NCBI RefSeq assembly: GCF_006345805.1
Contig: NC_043000.1
Span: forward strand, 128,526,001 to 128,590,000
DNA: 64,000 nt
Origin: Octopus sinensis
Taxonomy: Eukaryota
Direction: 5' to 3'
Part shown: positions 54,461-64,000 of the stretch, one piece after another
Layout of the letters: every line of letters begins with the position of its first letter
How positions within the stretch are numbered: the stretch's first letter is position 1
Made by a program: the position numbers and the translations under genes
The notes under the pieces: model-generated
Databases searched by the model: none
Seen by the model: only the letters and a program-made list of their open reading frames with translations
Told to the model about the DNA's origin: nothing

Positions 54461-55082
54461 TCATTAGTAGTAGTAGTAGTAGTAGTAGCAGCAGCAGTAG
54501 TAGTGTATTCCTTCTCTTCATCATCAAAACCTTAACTACGACTATTATCCTTCAAACGTCTCTATAACGAAAAATGATCTCCACATCCAGCACCACGTCA
54601 ACAACAAGAGCAGCAATACGAACAATTACAACAGCAACAATCACTACAGATATCATTATTATCCGTCACCACCAACACCTCATCTACAACAGCACTGACG
54701 TTATCAGTATTACAAATTACAACTTCGACAATGACAACAGGTGGGCGTAATCACTGGAAGTTGCTGACACCCACCAACACTACTAGATATCGTCACCGTC
54801 TCCAATATATATATATTATATATATATATATATATATATGTGTGTGGTGTGTGTGTGTGTGTGGTGTGTATGTGTGTGTGTGTGTGTGTGTGTATGTGTG
54901 TGTGTGTGTGTGTATATATATGTGTGTGTGTATATATATATGTGTGTGTATATATATATATATATGTGTGTGTATGTGTATGTATATATATATATATATA
55001 TTACATACTACTATTACTACTACTAGTAGTAGTAGTAGTAGTAGTAGCAGTAGTAGTAGTAGCAGTAGTAGTAGTGATGGTG

Positions 55083-55130
<48 letters not shown>

Positions 55131-57192
55131 ACAAGGCATCGACATCAACAATATTGACAGTACTAGCAATAAGTGAGAGCCTCTACACGGCCGTTCGATC
55201 GGCTAGAAGTTACAACTAAATCTCTTTCAAGTCAATTCTAAATCGCCGTGAAAGAAAGAAAGACCGTATAAGATCATAAAAAAAATAAAAGAGAAGAGAA
55301 AAAAACCAGGGAAAATGGAAAAAACGAGCGGTCATGGTTGGTATGACTTCGATTATAGTTCTACTGAATGTCAGCGCTGACCTGGGGCTAAACACCAACA
55401 AAAACAAGAACAACGAATAACAAATAGTGAACATAGTAACACCTACCCCTCCTCCTATTTTCCCCAAATAAAAACTAGTTTTTTTCCTTCCATTCAGAAC
55501 TCATGTCTTGTAAACTTCTCATCTCCTCTGCCTTAACACTAATACTATCGTCAACCACCCACTCTCTCTTTTGCTCTCTTTTCAATTTTCTCATCTGGAA
55601 AGCATTCACCAACACCCCCTCTCACAATACATTATCTCTCCTCTCTTCTTTCTCCTCCACCTCTCTACTTTCACTTTTACATGGCAGCCATGTCTACCGG
55701 TTTCGTTTGACGACTAGACTTAGCCACTTACGCGTCATATAATCACTCACTAAAACGTCACCAACTACAACGCCAACGCCACCAACGCCACCATCGCCTA
55801 CAATTAAAAAAATAATGGCAACAAAAAATAATTGCAATTACAATAACTTGAGGTGCTCTCTGAGTGGTCGCTCGAGGTTTTAGAAATAGCAGCTAAATTT
55901 CTCTCAAACCGCTCTACCTAAAGAAATCACACAAGAAAATTAAGACCTAAATATCCCCTAAAACGACGAAATGGTTATGGCATATGGGCTCACTTGTAGC
56001 CAAACAACTACAAAACATCACTATGACCAGCAACAACAGTCATTGCCAATAACAATGCGACAGAAATAGAAGCTAAATCTCCCTCAAATTATACACTATC
56101 GTCTTAAAGAAATGAAGTACACATTGGCCAATGATAGTCTTAGGTAGAAAAAAAAGAGATGGCCATGGGTAGAATGGCTTTGATCAGTTAGGACTGAGTT
56201 ATAAGTAAATCAGCAACAAGAACAACAACAGCATCGCTACTACAAGTATTGATAGCAATATGACGCCAACAACAATTATAGCGATAACATTAAGAACATC
56301 CTGACCACCACTGAAAACCATTGCAAAAATTTATTTCACCGCCTTTACTTACACCGACAGCAACATTCCCACGCTAACAAATTTCTACCAAAACCTCCAC
56401 TATCATCACCACGTACATACATACACACACATACATAAATACAATCAAACATACATACATACACACTTACGTGTGCGTGTATGTATGTGTGTATGTGTGT
56501 GTGTATGTGTGTATGCGTGTATGTGTATGTGTGTGTGTATAAGTGTGTGTGTGTTTGTGTGTGTGTGTGTGCGTGCATACATATATATATATATATACAT
56601 ACGTAAGTACGTATGTACGGACGTACGTAACTACGTATGTATGTATGTATGTATGTATGTATTATGTATGTATGTATGTATGTATGTATGTATGTATGTA
56701 TGTATTATGATGTATGCATCAGAGACGTGCTGTCAGAGTACTTAAGGAAAGGTAGTAAATACTCCAAAACTATAAAATTATAACCGTTTATGTTAAACAT
56801 AAAATACTAGTGATTTCTGAATTCATCATATAAAATGTATATTTGATAAATGCAGCGCATAATTCTGCGAAGGCCTAGTACTTTGATGATAAGACCCTGG
56901 ATGAAATTTATATAGTGTGACGGAAGAAAAAACTAAATTGCTTTTCTTAGGAGTCATCACAGAAATGCGGAGTGTGCTGTAATGGTCGAGCTAATTTCAA
57001 GAGCCATAGTATTTCATACGAGGGTATAAAGTGAAGATATATGCATTCATATACATTCATATACATCCGTACAAACATACAAGCATACAAACACATGTAT
57101 GCGCACGTGCGTGTATGTTTAAGACAGTATAAAAATATAAATGCATAAATGTATTATGTTGTGCGTGGATCTGAGAGTATATATATATATAT

Positions 57193-57538
57193 ATTTCGTT
57201 TTTGGATTTGGTTTGCAAGATCCTTTATATGAGTTCGTGTGTTGAAGCATATTCTGTTGTGTCTGGGGAGAGTAATTTTCTTTTTGTGCCTTATAATGTA
57301 ACACACTCACTGGTAAAGTTTCCACTTATTTCTTATTTTTATTTTCCTAAAATTTTCGTTGCGTCTTGTAACCTTTTCAATAGTCTTGACTAAATAACGG
57401 ACAGAGTCAAGACTACTGAAAAGGTTACAAGAGGCATTAATTTTAGGAAAATAAAAATAAGAAATAAGTGGAAATTTTACCGGTGAGTGTGTTACATTAT
57501 AAGGCACAAAAAGAAAATTACTCTCCCCAGACACAACA

Positions 57539-57540
<2 letters not shown>
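57193..57540. mobile_element. (TA)n-embedded foldback cassette
   Basis: Arms 57254-57391 and 57405-57539 (~135 bp) are near-perfect reverse complements around a 13-nt spacer; (TA)n on both sides. Confidence 0.75.
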
Positions 57541-57596
<56 letters not shown>

Positions 57597-58299
57597 GATA
57601 GATATATAGATATATGTATAAAATACTATATAATATATATATATATATATACGGTATGTATTATATATAACATAATATAACATAATACATATGAGTGTTT
57701 GTGTGTGTTGGCCACTTTCATACCATGAACCAAATAGTCGAAAAATAGAATACAACGTTCTATTCTTAATACGTTGTGTGAACTAATGGTAATGATGACT
57801 GTCATTGCTGTCATTACTGTTACTAGAAATAACAGTAATGAGGACGAATTAAAATGTGAAACCAGGTAAGTCACCGTCTTAACACACGTATACCACCTTG
57901 CTACATCTTTTATTGCACTATATAACGAATCTAATACATTTCCACTAAAGTTAAGTTTGCCTTAACTTCTAAATTTAAGCGAAATAGACTCTTCCTGTCA
58001 TACCTGTAAAACTGGTATTAGAATACCACTTTGCTTACAAATGTTTCGAAAACTGCATTAGAAGGAAAGAAAAATTGGAATTAAATTCGACAGCAAATTT
58101 CTTGCACGTCTATCATTCGTAGAACATAGAAGTGAACTTTAAAATATTCTAACCGTTAGAATAGCATAATATAGAAAATAAGACTGTAGGACAAAGTATG
58201 AACATGAAAATTAACCCCTAAAATCTACGAGAGACAAGTTTATGTTATAACGTTTAGAAAACATTCCCTCAAACAGTAAATGGCAGGCAACACAACGAA

Positions 58300-58575
58300 G
58301 GAAACATAAAGATATAAAATTGCAAATTGGCTTGAAGTAGCAAACTTTCCAGAGTGGGGAAAGTTTCATTTTTGAAAGTAAAATGCGCCTCTAAACCTTA
58401 AAAGACGAATTTGCAATCATCTTCCTAACAATTGCTTATTGTCCAGAAACATGGAATCGTGTAAAAGATCTAGTAACTAAGCTAACAACCACTCTCATGA
58501 TCACACTATACTTGAAATTTAATAGAAAGGCCTTAAAAACTCCGACATGGATTGAAAAAATCAAACGGAACTAAA
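58300..58575 (+). mobile_element. Possible L1/Tx1-like ORF2 3' remnant
   Basis: KC...KDEFAIIFLTIAYCPETWNRV resembles a decayed CCHC/W region; the frame ends WIEKIKRN*, a motif also present at 60781-60809. Confidence 0.35.
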
Positions 58576-58777
58576 TCAAGTTCATAAAATCATTAACAAG
58601 AGAATTGGGCTGGTAGGGCCGTGTCCCAAGGATGAATGAAAACAGGTAATTGATAAAACTACTATACTGTAATTCGAAAGATTGCTAAAGAAACAGGGGC
58701 CAGTAAAAAACAAAAAGAACGGCTGGATAAGATAGATATGACGAAGATTGGAAATCTAGGCAGCCAAAGTCAATAGC

Positions 58778-59592
58778 GGATCTTTGTGGTTTTCGTCACT
58801 GTTTACAATTTTGTTCCAGTTGTTTCCAAGTTTGGTATATGGATTAAGTTTTGTATACTAATTATGAAAATGAAATAAATTTTTTCTATAAATCTATAAT
58901 TAAAAAAATATTAGCCTTTAAAATTTGCAAAATTTGGGTATTTTAGCCAATCAGAAGCGAGTATTTTACACATCACCGCGGCGATAAACTCTGTTTCCGT
59001 AGTAACCAAAGATGCTGTGCATGCGCACAAGGAGGAGAAGATACGAGGAAGATAGTCTATTACAATAATACTCTTTGTGTTTTTCTCAGTCGTAACATAT
59101 GAATGAGAAAGGAAGGAGTGATGGCAAACTGGTAGTAGGAGCGTTTCAACTCTGTGTGTATGCGTGTGTATGTAAAAGGAAGGTATGTGAATGTTTGTGT
59201 ATGTGTGTGTGAGTGTGTGTGTGTGTATGTGTGTGTGTGTGTGTGTGTGTATGTGTGTGTGCAATGGAAGTAGGATGGTGAACATTCAACGCTGAAAATA
59301 TAAATAAAAACAGCGTTTCAACTTTGTGTGAGTATATGTATGTATGTGTACGTAGCAACGTTTTGACATGCCGATGTCCCCCACCCCCGATGATGGAACG
59401 GGCAGCGAACGCGCTGATTGGCTGAAAATTCTGAAAATGATCAAACTCTGAACACCTGTAAAGTTTTTGCAAATATTTTTTTGAATAAATGAATAACAAA
59501 TTCGGATTTAGCGTCAAAAATTACATCTATATGATACATTAAAGAATTTTTCTAAAGATAATTGTAAACAGTTACGAAAACCACAAAGGTCC
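58778..59592. mobile_element. MITE-like non-autonomous DNA element
   Basis: ~33-bp TIRs ggatctttgtggttttcgtcactgtttacaatt / aattgtaaacagttacgaaaaccacaaaggtcc; inner inverted pair ttttagccaatcag / ctgattggctgaaaa. Confidence 0.8.
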
Positions 59593-60285
59593 CTGAAAGC
59601 TATAATGAGAAAACGGAAAGGTTTTTATTAAGCAGTATGTATGTATGTATGTATGTATGTATGTATGTATGTATGTATGTATGTATGTATGTATGTATGT
59701 GTGTATGTATGTATGTATGTATGTATGTATGTATGTATGTATAGGCAAGTCGGAAATGAAAATAAAAACGAAAACAGCAAAGGTCAAAAGATATACACAA
59801 TGAATGTATCAGGTTGACGCTCAGTTTAAGATGGGAAAAAAAGAGAGGGTGTGTGACGTTTTGAGCATGGCTTTTCGTCAGAAAGAGGAAGCGCCCGGAG
59901 AGAAGGAGAAATAATGATAAATGCAAATTTGTATTGTAGTTCCTACGCGCGTTTCATCATTATGATTGTTTTGAGCCCTGCACTAGGTGTTCCGAATGCA
60001 TTTAGATACTCGATCACAAGGGATCATGAGGGAACACTTTATTTAATGCGCATCGGAACTATAATATAAACTTGTGTTTAGCGTTATTTCTCTTACATTT
60101 CCTCTGTAGATAATAACTGGCAATACTACTCAGTATAGAAGTTACTTAACAACTATACAGGAAATAGACGGGATTATAATCAGCCTCGTGAAGCTCTGAA
60201 CATAATTGTAGTAGCCGTACATCTATTTGTAATCACAATTTCTACCACACACACACATACACATTTAGCAACTGAATGTTACAAT

Positions 60286-60334
60286 GTTACAATACGACTC
60301 AGTTTCACCCACTTCTGGTTCATCAGATAACGTG
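60286..60334 (-). ncRNA. Candidate type-I hammerhead ribozyme (HHR-W)
   Basis: Minus strand cacgttat-CTGATGA-acc(agaagtg)ggt-GAAA-c(tga)gt-C-gtattgtaac: complete core and GUC site, but short stems. Confidence 0.45.
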
Positions 60335-61028
60335 GAAAAAATATATGCGAGCTTATTTACATAGTGAGTCATTATCATTCAATATAGCAACAGACCAATA
60401 TAAGAACGCGTTACTAATTAATGGTTCTAAAGAAAAAAAAATTAGATACTTAAAACCCACACTGTATATGAAAAGGAAGATATATGGTTTAATGCGCTAT
60501 GCAAATGAAGTTAGTATCTCAATCAGAAAAATATTTCGAAAACATGTGCGTTTCTATTTTCACATTGGACATAAATGCAAAAAATTTCCAACCTTAGCTC
60601 ACTTAAGGTTAGCTACTCGACAATAGATAACTTCGCTAAAAACGTATCATCTATTAATAATAACAGAATAATTAGTAATCTATAATTTTATTCTGCTGCC
60701 ATCAGTTTATATGACAAAATAACTATGGAAAGAAATCGAATCCATAATCTATTAGTCACACAGCATTTATATTATCCGAAATGGATCGAAAAAATCAAAC
60801 GGAACTAAATGTTGTTAGTAAGTTCATAAAATCGTTGGAAACTATAGAATGAAATCGAAGACAGTCTATTGTATATGCATTGTATTATATTGTTTGAAAG
60901 ACGATTGACTGATAATATTATGTACACATTATTCTTTTATTCTTTTACTAGTTTCAGTTTTTCAACTTTAGCTATGCTGGGGCACTGCCTTCAAGGATTT
61001 AGTCGATTATTTCCACTCTAGGATGTCC

Positions 61029-62569
61029 GGTCAATTCGTCGACGGCAATTTGTCGTCGTTTAATTTGTCCTATGGTCAATTCGTTGAGATGATAGGAAAA
61101 ATGGAAGAACGAATATCTGAATTAAGAAAAAAAAAACGTTTATTTTAAGGTTTGCTGTATTACATATTTATTTTTTCTTAAAATTTAAGATTGTGTGCAA
61201 TTTGCTTTCAGAAAAATATTTTGGCTTAGATCATATTTTGCTACGACTTTTTTTTAAACGCCTGTTCGTGTCTCTGTATTTTTTTCCTTTTGACTTGGTT
61301 CTTGCATAAACTTCTACAATTTGGTATTGGCAAACCTTTCCTCACATTTAATCACACCAATAAGTTCCAAATATTTGGATGACTGATATTCACTGTGTTT
61401 TTCAGCGCGCTGTAGTAGACTTCTAGACTATTTGTAATACGAGCAATGTTCGTCATACATCAATCCCAAACATTCCATATAGGTAATGGAAATGGAGGTT
61501 CAAGGCGTCGCCTCCTCTGTCCTCTTCCTTTAGGTGGTCCTATGTAATTATTTTCAAAATAGGATACAACTGACTGTGGAACATCATCATTATCTACAAG
61601 TTGTTCATATCTATCTACAACATCATCAACCAGCATGAAGGCAAGAACAAAACACCGCATGTTTAGATTAAAACTGTCATCTTCGTGATATCTGTATTTT
61701 AGTCCTCCTTGCACAACATGCTTGTACACATTTTATCCTAGATGTAACAAGCAGCATGCCGAATTCAAACCAGGCAATGATTCCAGAAATCCGTTATGGG
61801 CTGCTTTTTGAAATCCATAATTATATTATCAGGTCCCTCATTCTGAAGTAATTCATTTATTTTGGCAAAAAGTCTACTATATGTGTCTTGACTTTTGTCA
61901 GAGAGCAATCGTGGGGCATTAAAATTATCAATTTGAATGTGAAGTATATATAACTGAAAAAATACACTAGAGCAACACTTAAATGTTCCATCTGCCGCTC
62001 AGTTCTTGTGCTGTTTTAACTGTCGAAGTGCTTCGTCACTTGTAAATATTACTATTCGTTTTGATTCTTCTATCCAATATTTATAAGTGGGGTGACAGGA
62101 TAGTTGGAATTAGCTTGCCTCCAACGTCTAATATTCTTATTAAGTTGTGCAAACGGAGGTATTTGCGACAATATACAGTCGTTTAAATTCTGAACTTCAC
62201 CAGTGATAACTGAGCGAGGGGCATCAAGAAATGAAATAGACTTTAATTTAATATTTGAAACTATTATCCTTGCATTTACCCCTGCAAGAGTTGAAGCATG
62301 ATTATGGATCCCAATCTTCTTAAGCTCTTTACAATTTTCATCTGTATGAAGTCTCGCCTTGCACACACGATTTTCGCACCTCCACTATATCTTCAATCCA
62401 TCTGTATTCTGCTTATTTTTTGTGTATATATCTTGATCGACTATGATTTTGCCTTTCTCTGAAGTTATGATCTTCCAGGTAGTCATGTTGATGGGTAGGC
62501 GTATTGAATAAATTTAATTCGATTTGCTTGAAAATCTTTGTTCGTAAACTGTTCAGCGCAGATACTTAA

Positions 62570-62653
<84 letters not shown>

Positions 62654-62870
62654 GAAGGGGTGGTTAAAGAAAGGAAAAAAAATTATCTAAAAGTGTCCAA
62701 CGACAATTTTAATTCTAAAGGGATTGTTCTAAACTTTCCCTCGAAAATCACATTTGATAGTATTTTGGGACGAATTGGCCAGCGACGAATTGACCTGGGG
62801 ATGAATTGATCAACGACGAATTGACAGGAACAAATTAACCGACAACGAAATAACCGGAGACGAATTGTCG
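61029..62870 (-). mobile_element. Mutator-like element (FLYWCH-MULE) with internally repetitive TIRs
   Basis: Left arm caattcgtc-type units (61029-61087) and right arm gacgaattg-type units (62769-62870), both with ~15-bp period, enclose a transposase remnant. Confidence 0.88.
61190..62486 (-). pseudogene. FLYWCH + MULE transposase pseudogene
   Basis: MTTWKIITSEKGK...*WRCENRVCKARLHT...HNH (FLYWCH), DGTFK..SSVFFQLYT, IMDF, ACCLLHL, YFENNYIG, PPFPLPIWN, RTNNSLE; stops and frameshifts. Confidence 0.88.
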
Positions 62871-62925
62871 AGTGTTGGATTTTGGAAGTATAAACATAAC
62901 CGTTGACACAGGCGCACACAAAGAT

Positions 62926-62995
<70 letters not shown>

Positions 62996-64000
62996 CATAC
63001 GCATACACACATTCACATTCAGCACAATTTCCACTTACCAAATTTCGTTCTAAAGACATTGCCCAAACTGAACTATAGTAAAAGATACCGAAGGCACCAT
63101 GTCGTTGTGAAACGAACTTTTTAACTACACACACACTTTTATTTCTACTGGTATATTCTTTCATTATAGAATCTACAGTGCAGTGAAAAAGCTACTGTGC
63201 TTCATTCATTGGGTTCAACTCTAGCTATATGCGGTTTTCTCTGGTATAAAAATAAGTGTGTAGTATAGCATATTAAGATTTGTGCAAGCTCTATCCACAT
63301 TGCCGTCTTGTATTTGAATAATAATTATTGACAGATTTCGTTTGATATCGTACAATGGTTAAGATTGTTAACTTTTTGATGTGAATGTAAAAAAATATTG
63401 ATGATAATTCTGAAAGTACGAGTTACAAGTATATAAAAAGTATGAAGTTTTCACGGATATTCTTCTAATATTTCATCTTCAGTACTACCTATGTGGGTTT
63501 TACAGTATATCAGAATCAAATGCTGCAGAAGAAATACAATTTCAAAAGAAATTATGCATTTCATATTTCTTTATAAGCTTCCAAGATTCTCACAGTTTTC
63601 AAAGTACTGAAACGTCCACTAGTATAAATTATTCTAATTTGAATATATATATGTTACATACATGCTAGAGGTAGACCCCATATGATCTGACCACTAAGAA
63701 AAGATTGTACTCAAGAAAATTCAGCAAACGCCAGAACGTAAGCGAGTAAGACAAATGAAAAGATACAAAATATAAAGATTAATCACAAATCCGGTTTCAT
63801 TGTTACCGCTTACGTAATACTTACGTAAATGCCTGCAATCCATCAGTGTGATCGTCATAGCAAAATATAATTTGCAGTACTATACACAAGACGTCCGCAT
63901 GAGATTGAACATGCATATAGTTCTGCCAAGTACATTTGGGGTTATATTTCAAATGTCTTCGTTTTGGCGAGCCAAAATACCGGAAATAATTCTGCAGAAA

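Overview
Eukaryotic, extremely microsatellite-rich, AT-rich DNA with no convincing host protein-coding gene. Nearly all listed ORFs are translations of (CA)n/(TA)n/(TACA)n/(GA)n tracts. The SINE families and repeat density resemble octopus (coleoid cephalopod) genomes; this is inference from recalled repeat consensus, not a database result. Identifiable content is a mosaic of decayed transposons: an RTE-clade LINE (~18.4-21.5 kb), a CR1-like fragment, a near-full-length Tx1/L1-like LINE (~36.3-40.3 kb), a fragment of a restriction-like-endonuclease LINE, a Tc1 with both TIRs and TA TSDs, an internally deleted maT/DD37D-like element, a FLYWCH-MULE, hAT-like and MITE-like elements, three SINE-like families and two minisatellites. 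The most interesting signal is RNA-level. Three different type-I hammerhead ribozyme folds sit within 630 bp (41214-41839), each in its own short (TA)n-delimited cassette, and a fourth candidate lies at 60286-60334. Several other (TA)n-embedded cassettes share an inverted partial-repeat architecture. Together these suggest a set of non-coding, microsatellite-targeting, Penelope-like/retrozyme-like elements.
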